A DNA stretch of 64,000 nucleotides, taken from assembly GCA_964016885.1 (NCBI GenBank), contig OZ024741.1, positions 183,458,001-183,522,000 of the forward strand, written 5' to 3'. Positions 23,704-35,744 of the stretch are shown here, one piece after another. Made by a program: the position numbers and the translations under genes. Source of the DNA: Eledone cirrhosa. Taxonomy: Eukaryota. Every line of letters begins with the position of its first letter. Position 1 is the first letter of the stretch. The notes below the pieces were generated by a model, which was given only the letters and a program-made list of their open reading frames with translations, was not told where the DNA came from and did no database searches.

Positions 23704-24476
23704 ACGATGATTACTCCAGCAACGATTTAACGAAGGTGCTTTTGCGTGGTTACTCAACCTGCATGAAAATAACATCCAAAATCTCTCCTAAGTCATCTCT
23801 ATCGTCTTAAAACATGAAGGGCGCACGAGATAGTATAGTTATAAAAACACCAAATAAAAGATCACGACTAGAATATCTTTGATGATAGGTCTGCTCAATC
23901 AGGTTTGAATTGGGGCTAAATAATAACAACAACTACCCCATAAATACGGCAACTTATCATAATACCTGCTCCAGCAAGATGGTTGCCCCAGCGAGGTTCC
24001 CTAGAAAGATATTTACTTAATATGATGGTAAAATGTTGTTTACGTTATTCAACGTAATATCCTTTATCTACGGTATTGGTTTGGACCATTACACACAGGT
24101 TCAATATCATTTCCGATCTCATAAAAAAAAAAAAAAAACGAAAAACACATCCGGTTGTCTACTTCCGGTTTTTCGAAAAAGTTATTGCAGGAAGCCACAC
24201 AAGCAACATAACATGTCGAAGGTTTCAATAAACAGGCGAAGTTTTAGGAGAAAGCAACATCTGGGTATTATTAAACATGTCCTCGTTAATCACTTTCCAT
24301 TTCAATATCTTTTCTCTCTCTTTCTCTGCCTTTCTATCTATCTATCTATCTATCTATCTATCAATCTAGCTGTCGTCTGTTCTACAGTGTGGATGTCATT
24401 CACTTCGCACAGAAGTTTTGTTCAAATTTATTGAGGAAATTTTGTGAGTTCAAACTTAATTTTGATACAATTGTGT

Positions 24477-24517
24477 AGCTTGACCCTCCGTCTGAACTGT
24501 CAGGCGGTGGGTCAGCT
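24477..24517 (+). other. GC-rich hairpin in Tx1 5' UTR
   Basis: TGACCC-T-CCGTCTGA / TCAGGCGG-T-GGGTCA pair around a short loop. Confidence 0.55.
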
Positions 24518-24595
24518 CATCTTTACCCCTCCTAGAGGTGAAAAACCTGTTTTAAAAAAAAATTTTGTGTAAAAAATTTCAATCGTCTAACAGAA

Positions 24596-26473
24596 ATGTT
24601 AAACGCAGCGAACGAAAATAGTGGTGGGGGGACAGCGGTAAGAGTTGTAAGCTCGCACGCTTTAGTCCTCCCTTCCTTCCCAACTAACGTCATAGAGAAG
24701 GAAGGAAAAATGAAAATAAAAACGGACGAATCTGCGGAGAAAAAATTAAATGTCGAAAACAACGAAGAAAAAAATTTTGAAAAATTGCATGACAATACTA
24801 ATAACACAAACAAAGACACAACAAACAAAAAAATAACAGTTGAAAATAACATAACATCAGAAAACAAAGCAGACGACAAGATTTCATTTGCACAGAAAAC
24901 AAAGAAATCTTTGACTTATATAGCGGAAAACATTTCAGATGTGGTACGAAGGATCACGGACGCAAAACAATACATAAGTGAAGGTGAGAATGGTATTTTA
25001 TTGGTAAAAATGCCTCAAGAATTCACGAAAGACATTGAAAGCCGAACGGTCAAGTTTCGGACCATCAACAACAGTACAAAAAAACCTGAACAGCCTTCTC
25101 AAGCAGATATCAAAACAGTACTCGCAGAAGTACTGAATGAAACAACTTTCATAAGAAAAGACAGACTGTATGGAAGCCTAGCAATTATCATGAAGAACGA
25201 ATCGGCGGCAAAAAAATGTGCTTTGTCACCGATTCGTTCGAAAAATTTCACCTTTTATCCATCTTATATGGGAAAAAAAACTCAACGCATATGGCTGGAT
25301 GCAATGATGCCAGATGTGGACTACTGCTGGCTCATAGCTGGCTTCATCGATCCAGTGAATGACAACGTGATTTCCATTGGGAAAACCACAGGCAATGCGT
25401 TCAGTGGAACAGGTATAGAGCTGGTAGTACAAATGAAGCCTGAACGCATCGCCCAAATACCCGACAGAATCCTATTAGAGGACCACGGGTATATAAACAT
25501 TAGCGTGGAGGGGAGAAGGCCATCCTGCCATATCTGTGCAGGCAGAGGGCACCTGAAGGCCGCTTGTCCACAACTCAACAAAAAGAAAACTCTGCTACCA
25601 ACACCAGCTCCACCACCACCACCACAACAGATAAACAAACAACAAAACTCAGTCCCACCCAACCCGTCCCTCAGTAACACCACAACACCACCACAACACA
25701 AACAGTCACAACACATTACCCCAAAACAAAATACAGGCCCACCCAACCTCTCACTCAATAAAACAACACAACCACCGCAGACACAACACACAACACAGTC
25801 TAACATAGTGACATCCATCTCCCCCACAAAGAAAACCAACACGGAAACATTACCAGCAAACATACCTCTTCCCTCCAACACTGAAGATAACCCAACGAAT
25901 TCGGAGGAAGAAACGGAGTCCTTCAGACAGATTAAAAGGAAAAAAAGAAAACATGTGCAAAACACACAAGGACAAACAACCCCCACCCAAATCGCAACAC
26001 AATCTAACAAAACAGAAAACACCCCTCCAGCAACAAACAAAACCAAACCTGCCCCTCCCCTCTTCGAAACACTCACACCATCGGAAAAAAAGACATTACA
26101 CTATACTTACATCAACAGAAACAATAATAAATTAAATGAACTCATATACAATAATCCTTCGGTACAAACCGAAGGTGTAAACTTTGTTTCGTCAGAAAAC
26201 CACCCACATTTAAAACTAATAAAAATCCCAATGAACCTCTACCAAAAACTAAAAAAGGATTTTAAGGAGGACGTAGGACCACCCTCTGTCAAACCCATAA
26301 ACCGCGTCCTACTAAAAAGCTTTCCCCCTCCCCTTCCCCTCCCCAACACAACTCCAAACACCCCAACCCCACCACACACCGACGACCCCACACCACCACA
26401 AGACACCCCTTCACCCAACACCCCCGACCCCATGGAAGTCGTGCAACCCGAACCCCGGGAAGCGGAAAGGTAG
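24596..26473 (+). CDS. ORF1p of Tx1-like element (gag-like, CCHC zinc knuckle, Pro/Thr/Gln-rich C-terminus)
   Basis: 625-aa ORF with CHICAGRGHLKAAC (CX2CX4HX4C) preceded by 'VEGRRPS', typical of Tx1 ORF1. It lies directly upstream of the EN-RT ORF. Confidence 0.88.
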   Translation: MLNAANENSGGGTAVRVVSSHALVLPSFPTNVIEKEGKMKIKTDESAEKKLNVENNEEKNFEKLHDNTNNTNKDTTNKKITVENNITSENKADDKISFAQKTKKSLTYIAENISDVVRRITDAKQYISEGENGILLVKMPQEFTKDIESRTVKFRTINNSTKKPEQPSQADIKTVLAEVLNETTFIRKDRLYGSLAIIMKNESAAKKCALSPIRSKNFTFYPSYMGKKTQRIWLDAMMPDVDYCWLIAGFIDPVNDNVISIGKTTGNAFSGTGIELVVQMKPERIAQIPDRILLEDHGYINISVEGRRPSCHICAGRGHLKAACPQLNKKKTLLPTPAPPPPPQQINKQQNSVPPNPSLSNTTTPPQHKQSQHITPKQNTGPPNLSLNKTTQPPQTQHTTQSNIVTSISPTKKTNTETLPANIPLPSNTEDNPTNSEEETESFRQIKRKKRKHVQNTQGQTTPTQIATQSNKTENTPPATNKTKPAPPLFETLTPSEKKTLHYTYINRNNNKLNELIYNNPSVQTEGVNFVSSENHPHLKLIKIPMNLYQKLKKDFKEDVGPPSVKPINRVLLKSFPPPLPLPNTTPNTPTPPHTDDPTPPQDTPSPNTPDPMEVVQPEPREAER

Positions 26474-26506
26474 GTCTCTACACTCTCCTTTGGCTCTGCC
26501 GCCCAC

Positions 26507-29500
26507 ATGGATGTGTTAAGAGTAGGATGTTTGAATGCACGTGGCCTGGGCTCAACTTGGAAGCAAGCAAAGCTTCTAAATGACCTCAGGTCATGTAGTA
26601 TAAATGTAATGGTTATCTGTGAGACTCGAATCAGCGTCATGCGGCAGCTGGCCCCCACCTTCGATGACTTTGAGGTGCATGCATCTCTCTGTCAACCTGG
26701 AGGTGGGGGTGGGGTTGTCGTGCTGCTGCAAAAACACCTGGGTCTTGCCGTACAGGTTGTGCACTCGGACCCGGAGGGTCGTTTGTTGGTGCTAGACGTT
26801 GGCAGTAGTGAAAGTGCGGCCTTGAGACTGGTCGCCGTCTACTCCCCTTTCGGAGCTGAACGGCCCGACTTCTTCCAGCGTTTGGAGACTTTTCTGGGAA
26901 CGTCGCGTTCCCTGCTTCTAGCGGGGGATTGGAATGACATCCTGGATGCACGTTGGGACTATGCAGGAGCATGTCCTAATAGAGGGGGGTGTAACAGCCT
27001 CAAGGGGTTACTCGACCGTTTTAACTTGGTCGATAGATATCGACTAGATTTTCCAACTGTGCCTACCTGGACTTGGAGAAACCACAGTGGTCAATCTAGA
27101 TCGTACTTAGATAGATTCTTAGTTAGAAGTAAGGATAGGGACATATTAAGCTGTCCAGAAATGCGCACGGTTGGCTACACGGATCACAAATTAGTGACCT
27201 GCGTGGTCAATCTCGAGAAAACACATAGACAGGGTCCCGGTTACTGGAAACTTAATTTGTCTTTACCGGCAAAAGAGACTTACAGAAACCGGATTAGCAG
27301 ATTAGTTAAGGAGAGGTTGACGGGTGCAATCGTCAACAACCGATGGTGGGCATCTCTCAAAAGAGAGATTAGAACAGAATCAATAAGTTATAGCAAGATG
27401 TTAGCTGCCAATAGGAATAGAAACGAGAAAGAATTAACAGGTAAATTAGAAGAGGCAATCAAGAGCGAAGATGTGGCCAGAGTGCTGGCATCGAGGACGG
27501 CCTTGAACCAGTTTTTCGATGCAAAGCATGAAGGCTGCGTCATTCGAAGTAAAATACGTGCTCTAGGTAATGAGGGGGCCAAAGCCGTTGGATGGGCCCG
27601 CGTGACAGAAGCTAAAAGTGGAAATCGATCCACCATCCGGTCGTTGCAAGACGAAGATGGACGAGTGATCCGGGAGCCTAAGCAGATGTGCGAGGCCTTT
27701 CAAAAGCACTTTGCCCGATTGTTCGGGGGAGGCGAGGGTCCGGGCCGGGGCGTGGATTTCGGTCCATACCTCGACGGCCTGCCGCGTCTCTCGAACAAAG
27801 AGGCAGAGTCCTGCGAGGGACCAATCTCGGCTGATGAGATCGGAGATGCGCTGAGCCAATGCAGCAGACGCAAATCTCCAGGTCTCGATGGTATACCTTA
27901 CGAACTTTATTTAGCAATGCCGGTCTTCTTCTCCGAACTCCTCGAAGCGGTCTACTGCAATTGGCAGCAGAACGGGAGAATTCCTTGTTCTGTAGCCAAG
28001 GGCGTAGTCACGCTGGTGAGGAAGGACGAGAACAAGGGGGATAGTATAAATAATTTTCGGCCCATAACCCTGCTAAACACAGAGTTAAAGATTTTGGCCA
28101 AGGTGTTAGCAAAGAGGTTGGCGCTTGTCGTGGGTGGCCTGGTGGGAGATGCGCAGACATGTGCTATCCCATCCAGGTCCATTCACGATAACCTCCACCT
28201 CATGCGATACATCATAGAGAGGGTTGGCAACAAACCCGGCTTCGGTGGGGCCCTGATCAACTTGGATCAGTCTAAGGCCTTCGATAGGGTCGACCATGGT
28301 TACCTGGATGCGGTGCTAGCGGCGGCTGGGTTCGGTCCTGTTTTCAGAGGCTGGATCACTGCCCTACATAGCAACCACATCTGTTCTAGGATCAAGGTGA
28401 ACGGCTACCTTTCGAAGCCGTTCGAAATCACACGATCCATTCGACAGGGGTGCCCTCTCTCCTCCCTTCTGTACGTATTGACTCTCGAGCCTTTACTGAG
28501 GAAGTTGGAGTTGTTGCAGGGTATCCCCCTGGAACCAGGATTGAGCAAAGCGGTGTCGGCCTACGCCGATGACGTAACAGTAATGGTATCAACCGACTCG
28601 GAGATCGAGGCGATCGGTACCTTACTGGAGGAGTACGAAAGGTTGTCAGGAGCGAAACTGAACCGGGAAAAATCCATCGGGCTGCAACTCGGAACGTGGA
28701 GAGGCAAACCGATGCCTCCTGACGGTGTCGTCGGACACTGGACGGAGGGCCCGGTAAAGTTGCTTGGGGTCTGGTTTGGACCGGACCTCCAGGTGGAAAA
28801 GAACTGGAACGAGGTTACGAACAAGGTGTTTGCACTAACCCAGAAATGGGCCAAGTGTAAGCTGTCCCTAAAAGGCCGGGCGGAGGTGGCGAACATTTAC
28901 ATAGCGTCCGTCACTTACTACCGCCTGACTGTCGTGCCTTGCCCTAAGGAAACACTCACCACCATGGAACGCATGCTCTTCCAATTTCTTTGGAAGAAGC
29001 GTCCTCCTATGGTGAGAAGATCCATCTGCTGCCAACAACCTTCGAAAGGAGGGCTGGGGATGCCGTGGTTGATGATGCGTAGGCACGCATTAAGGCTACG
29101 GCACCTACAGGTATTCCTCACTGGTCAACCGGTGTGGGCTCCGTTCGTGAAACGAGCCTTTCCGAGACTCGTCTCACTCACCGAGCTACAGTCCTGGGTC
29201 AAGCAAAGATCCGGAAAACTGGGAGACTGGCACACTGAGTGTGCTCAGGCGCTCAGGGCTCTCTGGCAAGCGGGCCGGGCCATCGGTGGAGAATCCACCT
29301 CATCATTCTATAGAGGGCTGGTGGCTAGCAGGGGCGATGACACCCTTGGAGAGTCGCTGGACATGGAGGAAGACGAACTGGCCAGCCTGTTCGGTAGGAC
29401 TTTCGGCCCAGGACCAATGGACAACTTCCAGAAGTCACTGGCCTGGCAGTGCTACCGAGGGGCTCTACCCGTTCGAGAGAGGCTCTACAGACACGGGCGC

Positions 29501-29944
29501 CCGGGCAGGGATCCCTCAAAAAAGATTTGCCCTAGATGCGTGCGTCACGAAGAAACCGTGGCGCACGCATTGGTGCAATGTCCGGGCGTGGCTGATCTGT
29601 GGGGCTACGCCGAACAACTGCTGTCGCGGGTGGCGCCGATTAAATTGACCGCCGAGTCCGTGATGACAATCAAACCGCCTCCCCTCTTCACAAAGGAAGC
29701 AAAGGCGGTTTTTCTGTGCGTAATAGCCATGTTGAAAGAGGTTGTTTGGTGGACACGATTGAAAGGTCTGAGGTCAGGCAACTTCCTCTCTGGCCATAGT
29801 CTGGTCTACTTCTTCCGATATCACTTCGGAAGAAGGATAAGAATGGAGAGAGAGGTGCTTGGCCACAGGCAGTTTTATGAAAGGTGGGTGATAGTGGCGA
29901 GAATGGCTCGTGTAAATGGGCCTTCTCTGTATACCATCCTGTAG
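26507..29944 (+). CDS. ORF2p: APE endonuclease + reverse transcriptase + C-terminal zinc-binding domain
   Basis: EN motifs LNARG, CETR, YSP, GDWN, SYLDRFLV, TDH; WKLN linker; RT motifs KSPGLDG, FRPITLLN, LDQSKAFDRVDH, RQGCPLS, YADD; CPRC..EETVAHALVQC. Uninterrupted over 1145 aa. Confidence 0.96.
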   Translation: MDVLRVGCLNARGLGSTWKQAKLLNDLRSCSINVMVICETRISVMRQLAPTFDDFEVHASLCQPGGGGGVVVLLQKHLGLAVQVVHSDPEGRLLVLDVGSSESAALRLVAVYSPFGAERPDFFQRLETFLGTSRSLLLAGDWNDILDARWDYAGACPNRGGCNSLKGLLDRFNLVDRYRLDFPTVPTWTWRNHSGQSRSYLDRFLVRSKDRDILSCPEMRTVGYTDHKLVTCVVNLEKTHRQGPGYWKLNLSLPAKETYRNRISRLVKERLTGAIVNNRWWASLKREIRTESISYSKMLAANRNRNEKELTGKLEEAIKSEDVARVLASRTALNQFFDAKHEGCVIRSKIRALGNEGAKAVGWARVTEAKSGNRSTIRSLQDEDGRVIREPKQMCEAFQKHFARLFGGGEGPGRGVDFGPYLDGLPRLSNKEAESCEGPISADEIGDALSQCSRRKSPGLDGIPYELYLAMPVFFSELLEAVYCNWQQNGRIPCSVAKGVVTLVRKDENKGDSINNFRPITLLNTELKILAKVLAKRLALVVGGLVGDAQTCAIPSRSIHDNLHLMRYIIERVGNKPGFGGALINLDQSKAFDRVDHGYLDAVLAAAGFGPVFRGWITALHSNHICSRIKVNGYLSKPFEITRSIRQGCPLSSLLYVLTLEPLLRKLELLQGIPLEPGLSKAVSAYADDVTVMVSTDSEIEAIGTLLEEYERLSGAKLNREKSIGLQLGTWRGKPMPPDGVVGHWTEGPVKLLGVWFGPDLQVEKNWNEVTNKVFALTQKWAKCKLSLKGRAEVANIYIASVTYYRLTVVPCPKETLTTMERMLFQFLWKKRPPMVRRSICCQQPSKGGLGMPWLMMRRHALRLRHLQVFLTGQPVWAPFVKRAFPRLVSLTELQSWVKQRSGKLGDWHTECAQALRALWQAGRAIGGESTSSFYRGLVASRGDDTLGESLDMEEDELASLFGRTFGPGPMDNFQKSLAWQCYRGALPVRERLYRHGRPGRDPSKKICPRCVRHEETVAHALVQCPGVADLWGYAEQLLSRVAPIKLTAESVMTIKPPPLFTKEAKAVFLCVIAMLKEVVWWTRLKGLRSGNFLSGHSLVYFFRYHFGRRIRMEREVLGHRQFYERWVIVARMARVNGPSLYTIL

Positions 29945-30158
29945 GTAAAGAAGTAAAGGAGAGGGGAGCACCTTCTCCATGTGCTCCCCGGGCAAAGGAT
30001 TGCACACTTTTTCGGGGGTGTGTGCAACCCCCATCACGTCCCCTCCCTTTTGAGGTTATTTTCGATTATTTTCATGTTACACCCTTTTTACTCGATTATA
30101 TGTAAACTCCCCCTTTGTATTTGTCCCTTCTTTTTATGCCTTTATGGTAAATAAAGAA

Positions 30159-30291
<133 letters not shown>

Positions 30292-30313
30292 CATACAACA
30301 CACACACACACAA

Positions 30314-30369
<56 letters not shown>

Positions 30370-30486
30370 TTTCCCTCTCTTCCACTATGGTTTCCCATAT
30401 TTCTGTCTGTTTACCTTTCTGTATTTTGAATTTACAATGTCCACTTACTCCAGTCTGTGAATTTACATTGTTTGCATTTCCCTCAG

Positions 30487-30622
<136 letters not shown>

Positions 30623-30724
30623 CTCTCCCTCTCTCCCTATATATGTGTGTATATATCTATATATATCTATATCTATATACATATATACATATGTACATAT
30701 ACACACAAACACACACACACACAT

Positions 30725-30811
<87 letters not shown>

Positions 30812-30975
30812 CATATATATATACATATATACACATGTACATATATATATACATACAGACACACACACACATATATATACATGTACATATATACACACAC
30901 ACACACACATATATATATACATACATATACATATACGTATACATATTCTTTTTTATTACATCAACAGTACATTTT

Positions 30976-31032
30976 CCGAATACACATGTGTCACTGGAGG
31001 GTTTAATATACCATTTCAGTTCGTCAGTTCAG
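30976..31032 (-). ncRNA. Hammerhead motif with one core mutation
   Basis: Minus strand: CTGAA-CTGACGA-ACTG..CAGT-GACA-CATGTG-TA-TTCGG; GAAA is changed to GACA. Confidence 0.55.
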
Positions 31033-31093
31033 CCTGTGTGCTCTACCAACTTGTGATATTTATTGTGAAATTGAACAATATATATATATGTAG

Positions 31094-31380
31094 ACAATTA
31101 TTAAATATATAAATAAATGAATAAATAAATAAATGCCATTGTTAATTAATAAATAAAGTAACTAATACCTTAACACTTCACACAAAGTAAAATATTTTAT
31201 TTTAAACATTTTCTAACCCAGAAAAAAGAGAAAAAAATAAAAGGAAAAAATATTTTTTTCCTTTATTTTTTTCTCTTTTTTCTGGGTTAGAAAATGTTTA
31301 AAACAAAATATTTTACTTTGTTTATTAATTAACAATGGCATTTATTTATTCATTCATTTATTTATATATTTAATAATTGT
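31094..31380. repeat. ~290-bp AT-rich palindrome centred near 31251
   Basis: The arms are reverse complements except for a ~28-bp indel. A related copy lies at 31783-31890. Confidence 0.88.
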
Positions 31381-31535
31381 TTCAGCATTTTATGCATTAT
31401 CAAAGGGGGGAATTTGTATTGGTATAAAATGTTGGAAAGAAAATAATGTGATGTTGAACATGTTAAGGAAATGGGAAAGAAAGAAATACATACATACATA
31501 TATATATTTATATATATATATATATATATTTGAAA

Positions 31536-31716
31536 ATAATTGTTTCTACTTTAGGCACAAGGCCAGCAATTAACCAGTACATTACTGGTACTTTATTTTA
31601 TCGACCCCGTAAGGATGAAAGGCAAAGTCAACCTCGGCGGGGTTTGAACTCAGATCGTAAAGGGACGTAACTATGCTGGAAAGCATGGCGTCCGACCCTC
31701 TACCGATACTGCCAAT
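31536..31716 (-). mobile_element. SINE S1 flanked by a ~47-bp direct duplication
   Basis: AATGTGATGTTGAACATGTTAAGGAAATGGGAAAGAAAGAAATACATA at ~31445 and ~31714. Confidence 0.88.
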
Positions 31717-31913
31717 GTGATGTTGAACATGTTAAGGAAATGGGAAAGAAAGAAATACATATATATATATATATAAATAAATCAACTAATACCTTAACAC
31801 TTCACACAAAGTAATACATTTCGTTTTAATCATTTTCTAACCCAGAAAAAAGAGAGAGAAACAAAAAAGAAAACAAAATATTTTTCTTCCTAATAATCGT
31901 CTCTTTCTCCCTG

Positions 31914-31982
<69 letters not shown>

Positions 31983-31984
31983 GT

Positions 31985-32490
31985 CCCCTGAGGGATGAAG
32001 TTAAAATAATAGACAGAGAACACCACTGGAAAACACGAAAACTAAAAGAGGCAGCACATATGCTAGGACACAATAACCTCCTAAGCAGACCTAGTGAAGA
32101 TATGAGTAGTATATGGGAACCGGTATTGAGGAACGATAGAAAAATATCAGTTTATAAGCCCTAAAAATTCACGAGAAAAAGAAAAAGAAAAAGAAAAAGA
32201 AAAAAGAAAAAGAAAAAGAAAAAGAAAAAGAAAAAGAAAAAGAAAAAGAAAAAGAAAAAAAATCACGGGAAAAAAAGTGGTTAAAAAGCGGGCTACTAAC
32301 CTCAATATTCCGAGTACAATTCTAGGCAGTGACCTGAACAAATGTTAATAATAACATCACTGGACCACCTGATGAAAGCTGGAGAGTACATCAGCCGAAA
32401 CGTTGTGTTAACAATAAAACAAGATGAGGACACCTATCCGTCCAATGTATATAATGTAAATAATTCCTCGTCTCAAAAATATAATACAAT
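31985..32490 (+). mobile_element. Penelope-like element 3' fragment (GIY-YIG C-terminus + pLTR with hammerhead motif)
   Basis: 31994-32164 translates DEVKIIDREHHWKTRKLKEAAHMLGHNNLLSRPSEDMSSIWEPVL, resembling the PLE endonuclease C-terminus. A CTGATGA...GAAACGTT motif follows downstream. The 5' flank is (TA)n. Confidence 0.75.
32366..32407 (+). ncRNA. Hammerhead motif in Penelope 3' region
   Basis: CAC-CTGATGA-AAGCTG..CAGCC-GAAA-CG-TT-GTG. Confidence 0.6.
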
Positions 32491-32491
32491 A

Positions 32492-33830
32492 TTTACTCTT
32501 TTACTCTTTTACCTGTTCCAGCCATCCGGCTGAGGCCATGCTGGGGCACCGCCCTTGTTGCTACACATTTCATCTCCAGCCTGTATTGGTTGGCCACTGG
32601 TGCAATAAGGAGTTCGTTGCTGCTGCCCTTAGGTTTCCCTCGTGCCTTGCTGTGGGCTCATCCGGGATCCTGGATAGCAAGGTGTCGAGATGTTTCTTGA
32701 AGACATCCACATCCACACCATGCAGATCTCTCAGATCCCTCGGCTGCTTTTTGAAGAGTTGAGGGTCCTTGAACCTCAGGCTATTGCAGTATCTTCTCCT
32801 TATTCTAGATGTGGAAGACGGGACCTTTGGCACTACACAGTGACGTCCTGTTCGACGGTTGGTCCAGCTCCCAATGCCAAAGTTTGGTGCTAGTCCCTCC
32901 AGGATTTTCCACATGTAGATCACTGCGTATCTTTCCCGTCTTCGTTCCAAGGAGTAGAGGTTCAGTTCTTTTAGCCTCTCCCAGTAGCTTATCTCCTCCA
33001 TCATCGCAATCCTCTTGGTGTAGCTTCGTTGGATTGCCTCAAACTCCGCGGTTAGTTTGACACTATGGGGTGACCACAATTGGGCGCAATAGTCCAGGCG
33101 GCTTAGGACAAATGTCCTCCATAGTGTCAACATGGTGTCTCGGTCTCTTGTCCGGAAAGTACTCAAGATCCAGCCAGCGAGTCATCTGCACATTGTCGCC
33201 ACTTTCTTGATGTGTGAGGAAAAAGATGCATCATCGCTCATGTCTATGCCCAGGTGTCGTATCGATTTCGACACGGGGATATCTGTCCCTCCTGGTCCGG
33301 CGTAAGTGTGTTGTACTGTATTTGTGTTTGTAGGTTTGTATTGTAGGGCTTGGAATTTGCCAGCATTAAACTGCAAATGTTGTTGTCTTCCGCCCATTTG
33401 TATATGGCATCCAGATCTTGTTGTAAAAGGGCAGTGTTAGCCGAGCTTTTGATTGCCTGTGCTACCTTAGTGTCATCAGCATAGCTAGTGAGGTATGTTG
33501 TTGTATGTACTACAGAGGGCATGTCTGAGAGAGCCATCAAAAACAGTAATGGTCCAAGGACTGTGCCTTGGGGCACCCCACATGTTATTGATGTTTCCTT
33601 TGAGAGGGCCTCGTTTGTTGCGACTGTCTGGCTTCCGTCCTTTAAGAAGTCATGCAGCCACTCATCTACTTTTCCAGTTATGCCGGGTGCGTGTAGTTTG
33701 TGACATATCATTCCGTGGACGACCTTGTCAAAGGCCTTGGCAAAATGAAGATATATCACGTCCTCATGTCAGTTGTCTAGCAGTTGTTTCAATTCCCAGT
33801 CGTAGTGATGTAGCAGCTGTGTAAGGAAGC
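32492..33830 (-). mobile_element. 5'-truncated CR1/L2-group LINE (RT C-terminal half + 3' end)
   Basis: IYLHFAKAFDKV.H, GVPQGTVLGPLLFL, YADDTK, LQQDLDAIYKWA, RLDYCAQLWSP, SYWERLKELNLYSLERRRER, FKKHLDTLLSRIPDEP. Frameshifted. The 3' tail is (GTAAAAGA)n. Confidence 0.9.
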
Positions 33831-34800
33831 TTCTTCCTATATTGTTATAATTTAGGAAGGTCATGCTGCCAATAAAAATACCACACGCACCTGTTGGGTT
33901 TCATTTCAATTTATTATCGTAATTCCTCAGTCGGTTAGTTTAATAATCAGATAGTTGTTTAGTTGTTGTCATCATTGTTCTTTCGTCACACATTTTGTGA
34001 CCTATATTAAAGGTTAAAAAAGTTGTCCGCTTTGTATTAGTGAGAAATACAGGATATTACAGGGCTTGGAAGCCACCCACCAGATATCTGAACACTAACA
34101 CCAAGATGTTCAGAAAATGCCCACATATGAACACACATATGCTTGCGGCATGATCCCCAGCACTTTCACAAACCTACAACTACTTTAGACATTACACCAG
34201 GATACGTATTGTTACATACAAACGCACACATATGATACGTATCCCATACAAACCTTGATATACGACATTACGCTTAATAACCAATCTCACAGTAGAATCT
34301 CAAACCCGCAAAGACCTAAGATAAATTCACACCAAGAAACGCATAAAGGCATAGACAGACTACCATGTACACATATAATTAGTATTTGACTCTAATACAC
34401 ATCATAATACACCATATTAGCAAGATTCATTCCCCAGAGTTTAATTAAGAGCTGATTAACTAAATTATTAGCAGCAGTTATTCCGCTTGCATTTGGAAAA
34501 CTAGAAGATACAAGGTGAGCCCCATATAACCTAACGAGATCTCAAGTTAAAAACGTCGGCCATCTTTGTTTACAGATAACGATGCATGTATCTGGGCCAA
34601 AGTACAATCGAGCAAATTTGTAAGGTTTGAAACCGGAGGTAGCAATATTTATGGGTTGAAGACATATATATATATTATTAGGCGGCCAGCCTAACTGTCA
34701 ACAACTGGCCCACGTGATCGCTTTCGAGTCAAAAGCATGTTTTTATATGTGTTTTCTCCTTACAGCCTCTTGAAATATGTTTACCATTATTCCTTTATTA

Positions 34801-34860
34801 TATAACTGATGATGTCACCAGGATCCTACGTAACCTGGCCACTGAAATGTACATAGTGTT
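34801..34860 (+). ncRNA. Hammerhead motif (weak stem I)
   Basis: CTGATGA-TGTCACCAGG..CCTGGCCACT-GAAA-TGTACA-TA-GTGT; palindromic loop 3. Confidence 0.6.
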
Positions 34861-34915
34861 TGCAGAAATAAAAATTTGAAGGAATTTCACCTGCCCGGCC
34901 TCCTGTCATTTTATT

Positions 34916-34966
<51 letters not shown>

Positions 34967-35020
34967 CGTTTCTGAATTTGTTTAGCAAGATTCTTTATCT
35001 GAAATCGTGTGTTGAAACCG

Positions 35021-35397
35021 ATATTGTTATACTTTGGGAGGGTCATGTTGCCAATAAGAAACACACGCACCAGTTGCTTTCACTTCAATTTATTATATAT
35101 TTATAAATTTATAAATTTATAAATTTATAAATTTCTGGTTGGTTGGTTGGTTCCACAACCAGATAGTTGTTTATATATAGTCATAGTTCTTTCGTCACAC
35201 ACTCTGTGACATCTTCAGTGACTAGGGATTCCTTTCTTTGTTTCTGTGCCTCTCCTGAACTATGACTATATATAAACAACTATCTGGTTGTGGAACCAAC
35301 CAACCAGAAATCTATAAATTTATAAATATATAATAAATTGAAGTGAAAGCAACTGGTGCGTGTGTTTCTTATTGGCAACATGACCCTCCCAAAGTAT

Positions 35398-35405
<8 letters not shown>
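35021..35405. repeat. Inverted repeat (~150-170-bp arms, ~65-bp spacer) between (TA)n tracts
   Basis: ATATTGTTATACTTTGGGAGGGTCATG...GTCATAGTTC is mirrored at 35258-35405. A diverged family member lies at 33839-34005. Confidence 0.9.
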
Positions 35406-35479
<74 letters not shown>

Positions 35480-35483
<4 letters not shown>

Positions 35484-35651
35484 GTTTCTACTTTAGGCAC
35501 AAGGCCAGTAATTACCCAGAGTGCATTACTAGTACTTTATTTTATCGAACCCGTAAGGATGAAAGGCAAAGTTAACCTCGACGGGATTTGAACTCAGACC
35601 ATAAAAGGACGTAACTATGCTAGAAAGCATGACGTCCAACCCTCTACCGAT
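35480..35651 (-). mobile_element. SINE S1 inserted within (TA)n
   Basis: Near-consensus copy with (TA)n on both sides. Confidence 0.9.
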
Positions 35652-35661
35652 ATATATATAT

Positions 35662-35742
<81 letters not shown>

Positions 35743-35744
<2 letters not shown>

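Larger units (their letters stand above)
24369..30158 (+). mobile_element. Full-length Tx1-clade (L1 superfamily) non-LTR retrotransposon
   Basis: Two long ORFs separated by 33 nt, GC-richer than the flanks. AATAAA at 30150-30155. (CTAT)n tracts on both sides (24333-24368; 30159-30291). Confidence 0.92.

Noticed and set aside
24145-24180. ETS-like CCGG motifs (ACTTCCGG) as a promoter
   Set aside because: Short motifs with no downstream host gene evidence.
25321-30105. Antisense and alternative-frame ORFs within the Tx1 element
   Set aside because: Shadows of GC-rich coding sequence with no recognisable motifs.
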